Source: Myxococcota bacterium (GTDB taxonomy: Bacteria > Myxococcota_C > UBA6777). Taken from it: DNA of 64,000 bases. Shown here piece by piece: positions 37,008-47,440 of the stretch. The notes under the pieces are model-generated. The model did not search any database, was not told where the DNA came from, and saw nothing but the letters and a program-made list of their open reading frames with translations. Position 1 is the stretch's first letter. Each line of letters starts with the position of its first letter. Both the position numbers and the translations under genes were made by a program. Where the stretch lies: positions 1 through 64,000 of the forward strand of contig JAKLKB010000008.1 of assembly GCA_023150835.1 (NCBI GenBank), read 5' to 3'.

Positions 37008-39464
37008 TCAATATTGTCCGCGTACACCAAGGAAAAAAGTTCGAGGTCGGATGGGAAGCCATTGATGGTTTCCCGAGCCAAGGATATTTTGGGCTGCGGC
37101 AAATACTTCGAGTCGGCGGTCAAAAAAAGAGCGGCTTAGGCGTGCGTGTAAAAGAACGTAAGGATCGATGCGGAGGGTGTCGTCTTTTTGATCGCCGTTG
37201 GTGTCGAGGAAAGCAAAACGCTCACCTTCAAAGATCCCACGTACAGTCAGTTGGAGATGGAGCCAAGGATCTTGGAGGGTGATCTGGGCGTGTGCGCGAT
37301 GAAGGGCGCGCAGCGCAAGAGGCCGATTGTTTGGATGATCGATCGTGTCTGTCAGATTGTAGCCGACCTCAAAAGAAAACAGGCGGTGGGGGGTGAGACG
37401 AACCACCGCTTCGAGGCCGCGTGTGGTGGCCGAAGCGATGTTGGCGTATTGGACGCGGAAGGTGCCGGGCTTGGCCGGGTCGGTGATGACTTGTTCGATG
37501 ATCAAGTTGTCGATCAGGTTGTAGAAGCCTTGGACAGAGAGCCACAGCCACGAGACCGCTTGCCACTCCGCACCGAGTTGGAAGCCGTTGGCGAATTCGG
37601 GTGCAAGGGCAGGATTGCCCTCGACAACATAACCGACGCTGTTGTTTTCAAAGGTGAGGAAAAGCTCTTTGAAGGAAGGAGCGCGAAAAGCGCGGCCATA
37701 GCTTGCGCGTAGGATCAACCCGGGCAGCGGGTCAAAGCGCACCGCAAGCTTGGGGTTGATCGCGTAGCCGAATTGAGAGTCCAATTCAAAGCGAACACCC
37801 GGGACGACGCTGAGGCGAGGTGTGTCAACGAGCGGTATCCACTCGTATTGGGCATAGACCGCGCCTCGGCCGCGATGTGCAAAGCTGTCCTTGATGCGGT
37901 CAGCGCGCAAGTTTTCATAAAGTCCCTCAAGTCCGAGCGTCAGGATGTGTTGTGTCCCAAAAGCTCGATCCATCTGAAGGTTGGCTTGGAGTAGCCAGTC
38001 GAACGTTTCTTCGTAGAGATCGAAGGCATCGGAGCCTTGTTGATCGTAGAGAAATTGGTCGCGAAAAAAAGCAAAGTGCAGCGAAGACTTGATCCGTGTT
38101 GGTCCAGAAAGAACAGAATCTGTACTGAGGGTGAGGGTGGCTGTTTCGGTCCGATTTTTTCGATCAAAGACCGCGCCTGAGGTGGACGCATCGATCCCTG
38201 CGCGATCTTGGTAGAGATAATTTCCGCGCAAACTGATCCCAAATCGAGGAGAAGCGCGGTAAGAGGCGCGCCCTTCGACTTGGAGGATCTCGTTGGAACT
38301 TCCCGAGGTGGAAGCGAGGGGATCGCGGTCAGGGAGTTGGTAGGCGTCATAACGGTGCCAACCAAGGGAGAGCTGCACATCCCATGCTTTTTGCTTCATG
38401 CCAAAGTAGCCCGTCAGATCGAGCAGATGGCCGCCACCGTTGCCATAACGAAGAAATCCCCCCGCTTCAATGGGTTTTTTGCTGCGCCGTGTGATGATAT
38501 TGATCACGCCGCCGATGGCATCGGAGCCATAGAGTGCGGAAGAGGGGCCTTTGACGATCTCCACACGTTCGATGCGCTCAAGCGGAAAGCGTTGAAGATC
38601 GATCACTCCGCGCACGCGGCCAGAAACGCGTTCTCCGTCGATCAAGATCAGAACATACTTGGCATCGAGTCCTTGGAGGCGGACGCCCACCCCTCCGGCT
38701 TGATCGAAACTTAATTGAATTCCGCTGTGTGTTTGAAGGATATCCGAAAGGGTAGCGGCGGAGGTTTTTTCCAATTGGCTTCGGGTGATCACTTCGACGC
38801 TGTTGACGGTATCTTTGAGGCGCTGTTGCGTGCGTGCGCCTGTGACCACGATCGTGTCTTCCGAGGTATTGAATGAGACCGGTGTTGTGGGCTTTGTGGA
38901 GGTGTTGGAAGATGTCGATGCAGCGGGCTTTGTGGAGGTGTTGGAAGATGTCGATGCAGCGGGCTTTGTGGAGGTGTTGGAAGATGTCGATGCAGCGGGC
39001 TTTGTGGAGGTGGTTGCGTGCGAGGGTACGGGCTTTGTCGAGGTGGTCGCGTGCGAGGGTACGGGCTTTGTAGAGGTGGTCGCGTGCGAGGGTACGGGTT
39101 TAGAGGTAGGTGTGGCTTGCGAAGAAGGAGGCGTGGCAGATGCAAAAGGTGCGAAGTATAGGCAAAAAACAACAAGAGCAGACAACGCGACGCGATGTGC
39201 AAGGTTGTGCGTGGCTCGAAGTGTCGGGGGATACGAAGTGCGTTGAGGAGTGAGGAGAGTAGGCCACGAAAGGGCGATGTTTTGAGGTTTGGGGGGGATA
39301 GAGGAGTGTGTGGCCGTTTGCATCCGAGAAGGTTCTTTCTTGTGGGGGCGCGGTGGTGTCGCGCTATCTTGGTTTCGGGGGTTGGTATGCTGTTTTTGCA
39401 GTGGGTTGTCAATCATGAAAGGAAGCCGCGCAGTGGGCGTTTCAAGTTCATTTGGATCGCGCAC
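37008..39464 (-). CDS. TonB-dependent outer membrane receptor (probable heme receptor)
   Basis: TonB box DTIVVTG, plug LQGLDAKYVLILIDG, IERVEIVKGPSSALYGSDAIGGVINIIT, YGRAFRAPS, C-terminal aromatic residue. Start uncertain. Confidence 0.93.
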   Translation of the reverse strand: MRDPNELETPTARLPFMIDNPLQKQHTNPRNQDSATPPRPHKKEPSRMQTATHSSIPPKPQNIALSWPTLLTPQRTSYPPTLRATHNLAHRVALSALVVFCLYFAPFASATPPSSQATPTSKPVPSHATTSTKPVPSHATTSTKPVPSHATTSTKPAASTSSNTSTKPAASTSSNTSTKPAASTSSNTSTKPTTPVSFNTSEDTIVVTGARTQQRLKDTVNSVEVITRSQLEKTSAATLSDILQTHSGIQLSFDQAGGVGVRLQGLDAKYVLILIDGERVSGRVRGVIDLQRFPLERIERVEIVKGPSSALYGSDAIGGVINIITRRSKKPIEAGGFLRYGNGGGHLLDLTGYFGMKQKAWDVQLSLGWHRYDAYQLPDRDPLASTSGSSNEILQVEGRASYRASPRFGISLRGNYLYQDRAGIDASTSGAVFDRKNRTETATLTLSTDSVLSGPTRIKSSLHFAFFRDQFLYDQQGSDAFDLYEETFDWLLQANLQMDRAFGTQHILTLGLEGLYENLRADRIKDSFAHRGRGAVYAQYEWIPLVDTPRLSVVPGVRFELDSQFGYAINPKLAVRFDPLPGLILRASYGRAFRAPSFKELFLTFENNSVGYVVEGNPALAPEFANGFQLGAEWQAVSWLWLSVQGFYNLIDNLIIEQVITDPAKPGTFRVQYANIASATTRGLEAVVRLTPHRLFSFEVGYNLTDTIDHPNNRPLALRALHRAHAQITLQDPWLHLQLTVRGIFEGERFAFLDTNGDQKDDTLRIDPYVLLHARLSRSFFDRRLEVFAAAQNILGSGNHQWLPIRPRTFFLGVRGQY
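38888..39110. repeat. Coding tandem repeats (36 bp x3 and 30 bp x3) in the receptor's N-terminal extension
   Basis: TSTKPAASTSSN x3 and TSTKPVPSHAT x3. Confidence 0.9.
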
Positions 39465-39654
39465 CGATAGGGGGTTGCGAAAAGCTGTGGCTGTGGGCGC
39501 GCATCTTTTGTGCTAAAGGAGCGCGGTGTGTTTTGGATGCGGCGTTTGGGCGAGAGGATTGATCGAAGAAGGTGTTTGCGAGGAGCGAACGCACAGAAAC
39601 TGCGTGTGCATCCGTCAATAGGATGGATCGAAGTAAGGTATTTGGGAGGAACAG

Positions 39655-40350
39655 ATGGGAAATTATGTGTGTGGCGAGCCGTTGTGCTTGTGGGAAGAAG
39701 AGGGTTTGTGGGTGTTTTCAAAGCCTTCGGGGATGTGTACACATCCCGCGCATGGGGAAGAGGGAGAGGATCTGTTGTCGTGGGCGCGTCGTGTGTGCGG
39801 TGCATCAGAGGCGTTAGCGCCTGTGCATCGGCTGGACCGGGAGACGAGTGGTTTGGTGGTGTGTAGCGAAGATCCACAGATGCGCGGTGGGATGGGGATC
39901 TGGTTTCGTGACGGAGCGATCCGCAAGGTGTATCTTGCGTTGGTGTACGGCTGCACCCGAAGCAAGGGAGTGATCGACAAGCCGCTTTCAGATGCACGCC
40001 GAGAGAAGCCGTTAGAGGCGATCACGCGGTATCGGTGTTTGGAGGTGTTTTTGGAGCGTGCTTCGTTGGTGGAGGTGGAGCCTGAGACGGGGCGAAAACA
40101 TCAGATCCGACGGCACTTTCAAGGGATCGGCCATAGCGTCGTGGGGGATGCGCGTTATCCACCCCCGCGCTGGCGTGCGCTGCCGGGATTTCCGGGGCGT
40201 TTGTGGCTGCATGCCGCAAAGATGATCTTGCCGAATGGACGGTCTTTTGAATCTCCCTTATCTGAAGAGTTGGAGCAACATCTGCGGATCTTGCGCGAGG
40301 CCAACGAACAATGCGTCGCTGCTTCGAGCGCCTCGGCTCGTAAACCTTAA
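39655..40350 (+). CDS. RluA-family pseudouridine synthase (no S4 domain)
   Basis: KPSG, VHRLDRETSG, KVYLALV, TGRKHQIRRH, VGDARY, LHA. Confidence 0.93.
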   Translation: MGNYVCGEPLCLWEEEGLWVFSKPSGMCTHPAHGEEGEDLLSWARRVCGASEALAPVHRLDRETSGLVVCSEDPQMRGGMGIWFRDGAIRKVYLALVYGCTRSKGVIDKPLSDARREKPLEAITRYRCLEVFLERASLVEVEPETGRKHQIRRHFQGIGHSVVGDARYPPPRWRALPGFPGRLWLHAAKMILPNGRSFESPLSEELEQHLRILREANEQCVAASSASARKP

Positions 40351-40759
40351 AGAGAGTGCAGGTTTTTCAAACCAACGACCCTGTCGCTTGGGCGTTCGCG
40401 AGCGCGGCTTTTTTTGGCTACTGCGTGGCACCTATGTGTCATGGTTATTCTGTTGTTTTCGGTGAAAATGTCCAGTTCTGACAGCGGAATCAAGAATCGC
40501 ACCGATACTTTGCTTTTGCTCTTTTTCGTTGTTTTCCGTACGCAAGCTCTTGGATAAATGAGGAATGCGTGTCTTGTGCGTGATATCTGTGCAGCATGAG
40601 CGTTATCCCGCACGGAGAGACGAAAAGACAGACGATCTTGCGTAATCGTTCTTTTGCGTACGCCATCGATGTTTCCTTTGTCGCCGTTCACTTCTTATTT
40701 TTTACACGATATCAAACGGTTGCACAACCGAGGGGACACCTCAGCCTAATTGGGGTATT

Positions 40760-42322
40760 TTAGATCCAGTTTTCAGGGATAGTTTGTGCGTCGAGGTTCC
40801 AGAGCCCGTTGAGGACGTAGAGCATATCGCGAGCGGGTGCGGGGGTATCGCGCAGGCCGCTGATATGGTCGCGGATGGAGCGGATGGATTCGAGGGCATC
40901 TTCGCGGGAGAGGCGGGAGAAGTTGGGTGCGGGGAGGCCGAGGGCGGCGTATCCTTGGCGGATGGCGTCGCCGTAATGTTCTTGGAAGTGACCGCGAATG
41001 TGGGAGTTGTAGAAGAGGGTGCGGATGGTTTGATCGCGTCGGGCTTCGAGTTCGGTGCGTTCGATGTTGGAGAGTCCGGGTTGTTGGAGCAGCGATTGGA
41101 GTTGGTTGTAATAAGTGCGAAGGGGGCCTTGTTGGGAGTTCGTCACTTCTTCTTGTCCTTGGAAAAAGCGTTCAAAAGTGGCTTCATTGGATCGGACAAG
41201 TTCGTAGAGTTGGGCCATACTTTGGCCAGAGAGCGGGATATCGCGGCCAACGACAGCGACATCGAGGTTTTCGGCCTTACGGATGCCGCGTTGTAGGAGG
41301 TTGGCGGCGGTTTGATCGATGTCGACGCCCGCCCCGCGAGTGGTGCGTTCCCAAGCGGCTTGGTGGGTGGTTGCGCCAGAACCCGAGCCGGGGGCCGAGC
41401 CGCTGTAAGCCCAGATGGTTTTGGTGTTGGGAAACATCTCTTGGTACATCAGGTGTTTGGAGCGTCCGCCGGAGTAGCAAGCGGAAAGGTGGAGGTCTTC
41501 GACTTGTGCAGCGGCGCGGGGCATGGCAGCGGTGAGTCCGCGCATGGTGTCCCATGAGATGCGACCATTGTCGTCGCCCCAGACGCCCGAACCGACGTGG
41601 TGTCCAGAGATCAGAAGGCGTGAGGGGATGGATCCGCCTTTTTCTGCGCGTGACCAGACTTGGGCGATCTGAGCGACTTCGTCGCGTGCGTTGTCGCCTG
41701 TATTTTTCAAGACATCGGCGATCTTTGCGGATTGTTCAGCGGGAAGGCCGAGGGTTTGAACGAATCCATTGCGCCCGTCGTTGGTGGTGAGATCGTAGGT
41801 TTGGTTCCCGACACGGATCTTGTCTGCGCCGATGCGGGAATTCGTGATGGTATGGAGAGTTGCGCCTGTTTTGCGCAGCTCGTTGATCTCGTGTTTGGCG
41901 CCTGCGCTGGTGCGGGTTTCGTTGTTCATGCCGATGAACAAGATCTCGTCATTGCTGCGTGGGGTGTTGTTGGTGGGGTTGGTTTGGGGGGCGGAGGCTT
42001 GGAGGGAGGCGTCTTGGAGCATTAGACCGAGGACGCTTGCGGTTTTGCCTGCTTGTGTGGGGGTGGCTTGGCCCGAAGGGGCGGGAGCGGCTGCGATTAG
42101 AGTGGTGGAGTTGCCGTCGCGGTCAAAGTTATCGGCCATGCGCCACGCTTCTTGGGCGTCGATCTTTCCGTCGTTGTTGCGGTCTGCGCGTTGGAGTTGT
42201 TGGAGATTGAGGCCGTTGTCCGTGAGTTTTTGTTGGGCGTTGGGGTTGGTGCGGACTTTTTCGAGGTCGATGGTTTTGGTGTTGTTTTGCGTGAGGAAGT
42301 CTTGTCGGTTGATCTTGGTCAT
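40760..42322 (-). CDS. EF-hand-containing protein with a putative clan CD (caspase/CHAT-like) His-Cys domain
   Basis: DRNNDGKIDAQE EF-hand; LLISGHH and LHLSACYSG; GGAG RBS. Confidence 0.7.
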   Translation of the reverse strand: MTKINRQDFLTQNNTKTIDLEKVRTNPNAQQKLTDNGLNLQQLQRADRNNDGKIDAQEAWRMADNFDRDGNSTTLIAAAPAPSGQATPTQAGKTASVLGLMLQDASLQASAPQTNPTNNTPRSNDEILFIGMNNETRTSAGAKHEINELRKTGATLHTITNSRIGADKIRVGNQTYDLTTNDGRNGFVQTLGLPAEQSAKIADVLKNTGDNARDEVAQIAQVWSRAEKGGSIPSRLLISGHHVGSGVWGDDNGRISWDTMRGLTAAMPRAAAQVEDLHLSACYSGGRSKHLMYQEMFPNTKTIWAYSGSAPGSGSGATTHQAAWERTTRGAGVDIDQTAANLLQRGIRKAENLDVAVVGRDIPLSGQSMAQLYELVRSNEATFERFFQGQEEVTNSQQGPLRTYYNQLQSLLQQPGLSNIERTELEARRDQTIRTLFYNSHIRGHFQEHYGDAIRQGYAALGLPAPNFSRLSREDALESIRSIRDHISGLRDTPAPARDMLYVLNGLWNLDAQTIPENWI

Positions 42323-42479
42323 GGGTCAAAGGCTCCGAAAGGGTTGTGTTGTGGGGTGCTTGTGCGGGGTGAAGAGAGCAGGAGGTTGGTTGCAAAAACA
42401 GAGGCGTCGACAAGCACGTGTTTGGGGGAGATAGAATAGCGCCGAGGTGTCTTTTTGGAAAGGGATTCTTTCAAAAAAA

Positions 42480-45400
42480 TCAGGAGGGCGTCCGTCGGGG
42501 CGGCGCGGGTTGAGAGGAGGGGGAGGATCGGAAAAAGGGGGGCGGTGCGGAAGGGGTCGGATTATTCGGTGGGATGGGTCGAGTGGAGGGTGTTGGATGG
42601 GGGAGTGAAGCGGGTTGAGTAGAGGGGGAGAGTTGAAGGGTGCGTTGAACGAGTTGTCGGTTTGGGTGAGAAAGAGAGCGGCGGAGTTGTTCGATGTCTA
42701 GGGGGCCGCCGAGTTTTTTGAGAGCGATGCGTGCGGCTTTTTTGAGTTGTGGATCGGGATCGTTGGGTTGCCGGAGCAGTGCGGGGATGGCTTTGGCTGC
42801 GGCAGGGCCGATCTCGCCGATGGCACGGGCGGCACGCCATCGAATGAATGGGCTGCGATCTTCGAGGAGCAGGATCAGGTCGTCGAGCGCGGGGAGGGCA
42901 GCAGGGCCGAGGAGCGCAAGAGATTCTGTGGCTCTCCAGCGAAGTTGTGTAAAGGAGTGCTTGAGGGCGCGGCGAAGGCTAGGCAACAGAGGCAAAAGAG
43001 TTCGTGGTTGGGCGTTGAGGATATCGAGGACGCGCACGCGGATGATTAAGTGAGGGTGTTCGATGGCGCGGAGGAGATGAGGGATCGCTCGGGTTTTTTG
43101 TCGCAGTAAGGCGCGTCGGGCTTCGTGCCATGCGCGGCGTCGGCGGAGAGCAAAGATCAAGTTCGGGACAAGAGGTGTGGCGTGATGTGGGATCTCGGCG
43201 AGTGTTGCGCAAGATTCGCGGGCAATACGCGGGTTAGGCGAATGAAGGGCGCGTTGGAGGTGGGGAAGGGCATGGGGGATATCTTGTTGAAGCAGAGCGA
43301 TCAGGCTGTGTTGGAGAGAACTATCGGTGTGTGGAGCGCCCATGAGTTGTATCAGGTGGGGGAAGACAGGAGCGATCGCGGCTTTGTGCGTTCGCAGCGT
43401 TTGGATGGCTTTTTCTTGGACGTTGCGGTCTGCGTGTGTGAGCGCATAGGCAAGGAGCGAAAGGTTGTGTGGGGCGTGTGCTTCGATCTCGTCCCAACGA
43501 GCGATCTTTTGGTGGGCAGGCGCATGATCGAGAAACTCTGCAAGAGGCCGTTGTTCGGTCGGAATAGCCTGTCGCATCAAAAAGCGTTGTGCGCGGTAGT
43601 AGGCTTGGCGGAGGGCTTGGGGATCTTGTTTGGGATCGAGTGCGCGCAGGGCAAGGGCGGCCGTCTTTTGGACGATCAAGGAAGGATCGCGCAGGGTTTT
43701 TTGCAGCAAAGCAAGCAGATCGGGGCGGGAGAGGCCGCGCAAAAGCAGACTTTTGAGGGCTTCGTTGCGAACGAGTTCGTCTTCGTCGGCAAGGGCTTGT
43801 TTGAGGCGCTCAAGGATCTGTGTTGCGTGTGGTGTGTGATGCGGGAGAATTTTTCCAAGAATTCGGACTGTGTCTTGGCGAACTTTCCAATGGATATCGC
43901 GGGTTGCCTCGAACAGATCGAAAAGCAGAGGAGCCGCTTTTTCTCCCATGTGTTCGATGGCTTGGGTGGCGACGGCGCGGTAGCGAAAGTCTGGCGACTG
44001 GAGGGTTTGTCGGAATAGGGCGAGGACGCTAGGTGTGGGGATTTGGAGGCGCCCGAGAGACAAGAGGGCTTGGCGGGTGATGTAGAAAGGGGAGCGTCGG
44101 GCAAGTTGAAGAAGTTCAGGAAGTGTGATTCGAGAAAAACTCGGGATGTCACCGAGTGTTTGAACGATACGCATTTGGATACGATGATGCTGTCCACGCA
44201 AGAGAGAGAGGATGCTTGGGACAGCGAGAGGACCGATCGCGCTGAAGATCTGTGCGATCTTGTGTTGGACACGTTGGGTTCCGTATCGGTCGAGGGCGGC
44301 GATGATCTCGGGGAGAGCGTGCAGCGCATAAGCAGGATGGGGCTGCAAAGCGCGTAGGGCAAAGAAGACGTGGGGTTCTTTTTTTGTGATATGAAGGAGT
44401 TTTTTCCATGCAAAAAAAGAAGAATCGTCGAGCAATTTTGAGGAATAAACTCTTGCGGCGTAAAGAAGATCTTCGGGATCTTGGGTGAATTGAAAGAAGC
44501 GCTTGAGGGGAGGCTGGAGGGTGGAGGGGGGGAGTTGTAGACGAGGCAGGCTGCGCAAGGCGTGTTGGCGGACTTGAAAGCTTGGGTCGTAGAGAAGAGC
44601 AAATAGCGCAGGTGCGGCAGGTTGGGCTTTCGGTCCGATTTTTCCGAGCGCCCAAGCAGAAGTGCGTCGGATCTGCCATTGGGCAGCGTGCGTGGCTCGG
44701 ATCAGGTCTTGGAGTGCGGGGGAAGCGGCGGGGCCGAAGAGTCCGAGAGTATAGGCTGCGTTCGCACGTTGGCGCCAATGTCCGTCCTGCAAGGCGATAC
44801 GAAGGGCAGGAAGAACTTTGGGGCCGATCTTGTGGAGTGTTTTTGTGGAGGCGTCTCGCACGGATTTGACAGGATCATTGAGTCGAAAGAGCAGAGGTAG
44901 GCGAAGAGAATAAGCCAGCACACCGAGTTTTCCAGCGATCTTGATCCCACGTCGGCGAAGATCGGCAGAAGGGGAGTGCAGGAGTACGCGGATGGTGGGC
45001 AAGACAAGGGGACCCATACGTGCGATGGCTTCGATGCTTTGGCCTGCAAGGTGGCGTAATTTTAAGGTTTCCAAGAGGGTGGGGAGGGCTTGTTGGGCAA
45101 GGGGGCCGATGCGCCCGATGGCAAAGATGGCTGTGTTGCGCAGTCGGAGATCCGCTTCTTCGCGGGCGATCTGGATGAGAATGGGGGTGGCAGGCCACGC
45201 AGGGGTTCCAAAGGAGCCGATCACAAAAAGAGCAAGGGTGCGCTGTGGGATGGGTAGGGTCTCGTCTTTGGCGATGGCTTCGAGAGAAGGCAAGAGCAGC
45301 GGGCCGATGGTTCGGAGGGTTTGGATGGCCTGAGCGCGCAAGGGGCCTTTGCTTTGATGCGCGAGCAGAAAGATCTCGGGAGCAGCGGGGAGTGCGGCAG

Positions 45401-45674
45401 GACCGAGATCTTGGAGCAAAGGGAGGATCGCGAGATGAAGTCTCGGATGGGGAAGGCGGAGGGCGCGTCGCAGCGAAGGAAGGGCATACGTGCGCATTCG
45501 CTTGAAATAGTGTTGTGCTTGTTGGCGCTTTGAGGGCGAAGGGTCGAGAAGCTCGCTTAGTTTCCGATCATGGAGGGAGCGAGGCTGCGCAACAGGCGAT
45601 GTACAGGCCATCTTCAAAAAGGCGCACACACCAAGGCTGAGCAACATTGTTGGAAAGCGAAGAGAGCGGTACAT
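42480..45674 (-). CDS. HEAT-repeat (PBS lyase-like) protein
   Basis: Many xxVRxxAAxALGxIGPxAxxAxPxL units; N-terminal hydrophobic segment with a possible lipobox (MAC). Confidence 0.9.
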   Translation of the reverse strand: MYRSLRFPTMLLSLGVCAFLKMACTSPVAQPRSLHDRKLSELLDPSPSKRQQAQHYFKRMRTYALPSLRRALRLPHPRLHLAILPLLQDLGPAALPAAPEIFLLAHQSKGPLRAQAIQTLRTIGPLLLPSLEAIAKDETLPIPQRTLALFVIGSFGTPAWPATPILIQIAREEADLRLRNTAIFAIGRIGPLAQQALPTLLETLKLRHLAGQSIEAIARMGPLVLPTIRVLLHSPSADLRRRGIKIAGKLGVLAYSLRLPLLFRLNDPVKSVRDASTKTLHKIGPKVLPALRIALQDGHWRQRANAAYTLGLFGPAASPALQDLIRATHAAQWQIRRTSAWALGKIGPKAQPAAPALFALLYDPSFQVRQHALRSLPRLQLPPSTLQPPLKRFFQFTQDPEDLLYAARVYSSKLLDDSSFFAWKKLLHITKKEPHVFFALRALQPHPAYALHALPEIIAALDRYGTQRVQHKIAQIFSAIGPLAVPSILSLLRGQHHRIQMRIVQTLGDIPSFSRITLPELLQLARRSPFYITRQALLSLGRLQIPTPSVLALFRQTLQSPDFRYRAVATQAIEHMGEKAAPLLFDLFEATRDIHWKVRQDTVRILGKILPHHTPHATQILERLKQALADEDELVRNEALKSLLLRGLSRPDLLALLQKTLRDPSLIVQKTAALALRALDPKQDPQALRQAYYRAQRFLMRQAIPTEQRPLAEFLDHAPAHQKIARWDEIEAHAPHNLSLLAYALTHADRNVQEKAIQTLRTHKAAIAPVFPHLIQLMGAPHTDSSLQHSLIALLQQDIPHALPHLQRALHSPNPRIARESCATLAEIPHHATPLVPNLIFALRRRRAWHEARRALLRQKTRAIPHLLRAIEHPHLIIRVRVLDILNAQPRTLLPLLPSLRRALKHSFTQLRWRATESLALLGPAALPALDDLILLLEDRSPFIRWRAARAIGEIGPAAAKAIPALLRQPNDPDPQLKKAARIALKKLGGPLDIEQLRRSLSHPNRQLVQRTLQLSPSTQPASLPHPTPSTRPIPPNNPTPSAPPPFFRSSPSSQPAPPRRTPS

Positions 45675-45690
45675 CGGGGCTCCAGAGAGG

Positions 45691-47256
45691 CTAGGGGAGA
45701 GGGGGAGGCCACGCGCCCAAGCGTTGTTGGACTTCTGTGGCGAAAGATCGCAGGGCAAGGCCCTTGTGTTGGCGAAACAGAAAGCGCCCAGCTTCCAAGT
45801 CAAGCGACCACCAAGCGCGACCTGTCGAAGCGTAGAGGACGCCTTTGTCGAGCTGATCGGGGTGGATGGAAGGAAAGTCGCCAAGGAGCTGTTGTAGAGG
45901 GTCTTCGATCTGCCATGCTCCGCGAAATGTTCCACGGCGAGCATCCAAAAGCAAAAGCAGACGGCGTTTGTTTTCCCAAGGCAGAGGGATCAGAACATGA
46001 TACGCATCGCGTAAGATTTCGCCTGCAATTAAGGTCGATGCGATACGATAAGGGCGGCTGATCCAATGGATACGGCGCGCCTGAGTGTCAAAGATGGCAA
46101 GGCGCTTTTGTTGGGGATCGGCGAGTTGCCGCAGCCATAGCGGGAAGAATCGCCAAGGCAGCACACCCCACGCAGAGCGCGTCGGGCGAAGTTGTCCCCA
46201 TGTATCGTAGAAGTTGGAAACAGCGTAACCTGCGGGGAGAGCGAGTTCTTTTTTTTGTGAGCGCTGGAGATCAAAGACACGGAGTTTTCGGCAAGGTAGC
46301 ACGCTGCCATTGTTGCCGATCCATAGGGCATCTTGAGCCATACCGACAAGGACGCGGTGTGGATCGAGATCGGAGATCGCCAAGGTTTTTCCTTCGCGGT
46401 GAACGGCGTTCCATTGATCGGTGTGGGTGTCATAACGAGACCACAGATGGGTTTTGCTTTGTTCTTCCCAGCGGAATCCCCACATCCCGCTTTGGTGGGT
46501 GTACAAACGCCCATCGAGCGGGAGGGATCGCAGGCCGCCGTTTTTTAGGTGAAAGCGATGGAGAGAGTGAGGTTGTTGGAGGTAAAGGTGATCACCGTGG
46601 ATTTGGGGGGCACGCAAGGCTCCGCCTTGTAGCGTATGCTCCCAGCGGATCGCGCCGTTGTGTTTGGAGAGGGCGAGGATGCGTTGTTGTTGTCGATCGT
46701 GTGGGTGTTGGAGAAACAGCATCGGACCTTGTGGTGTGACGAAGAGGCCGATGTAGAGGGACCAATCAAAGGGTTTAGGTAGGGTGAATTGCCAACGCAA
46801 TGTTCCGTTTAGAAGGTTTCGTGCGTCGAGTGTGTGGTTGTGGGTGCGCCCGAGGTAGAGAGAAAGATCGTCATGTTGAAGGAGCCTTCGCTGAAGTGTG
46901 GGGATGCGTCCACGTTGCCAGCGCGGAAGGGTGATCTGCCATCGGACTTGAGGAGAAGAGGGCGGGGTCCAACGCCACAAGGCCAGATGGGTCTGTTGCG
47001 GATCGGCTTCGCGCAAAACGACGATGGCTTGGGTGTTTTGGGGAACGGTGGTTTGGATTGGCAAGACTGCGCGGATCGTTTGGCCGAGGCCCATCAAGGG
47101 AGATGTGTCAGGCAGAGCCGCGCTTTCTCGGGGAGGAGGTTTGGCGGGAAGTGGGGATCGAGTGCTTTGAGAACCTGCACAGGTCGATGTATCGGCCATC
47201 CACAGTCCGCTACCGAGCCATCCCAAGATCAACCAATGCCACTGTTTTGCCACCAT
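45691..47256 (-). CDS. Exported PQQ-like/BamB-type beta-propeller protein
   Basis: LDARNLLNGTLRWQF, LALSKHNGAIRWEH, LLLLDARRG; N-terminal hydrophobic stretch. Confidence 0.65.
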   Translation of the reverse strand: MVAKQWHWLILGWLGSGLWMADTSTCAGSQSTRSPLPAKPPPRESAALPDTSPLMGLGQTIRAVLPIQTTVPQNTQAIVVLREADPQQTHLALWRWTPPSSPQVRWQITLPRWQRGRIPTLQRRLLQHDDLSLYLGRTHNHTLDARNLLNGTLRWQFTLPKPFDWSLYIGLFVTPQGPMLFLQHPHDRQQQRILALSKHNGAIRWEHTLQGGALRAPQIHGDHLYLQQPHSLHRFHLKNGGLRSLPLDGRLYTHQSGMWGFRWEEQSKTHLWSRYDTHTDQWNAVHREGKTLAISDLDPHRVLVGMAQDALWIGNNGSVLPCRKLRVFDLQRSQKKELALPAGYAVSNFYDTWGQLRPTRSAWGVLPWRFFPLWLRQLADPQQKRLAIFDTQARRIHWISRPYRIASTLIAGEILRDAYHVLIPLPWENKRRLLLLLDARRGTFRGAWQIEDPLQQLLGDFPSIHPDQLDKGVLYASTGRAWWSLDLEAGRFLFRQHKGLALRSFATEVQQRLGAWPPPLP

Positions 47257-47440
47257 GGAGGTACTCCGTCCTGCTGCGGGGGGCGCTTTGGTCACGTTAC
47301 GGGAAAAGATCTTACGCATCTTGCCCTGTGGAAGCAACGCTTTTGATTTGTGTGGTTCGCCTTCTGACGGGATGATCCGCTTGCGGTGTAAGTGTGTTGT
47401 GGTATCTTTCGCGGGGATCGGCCAAGCGAAGGAGCGCAGT

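Noticed and set aside
39400-39650. Fur box or cobalamin riboswitch upstream of the TonB receptor
   Set aside because: No convincing match to either consensus by eye.
40347-40691. 114-aa minus-strand ORF in an AT-richer gap
   Set aside because: No motif, atypical composition, and it ends in a repeat fragment; not supportable as a gene.
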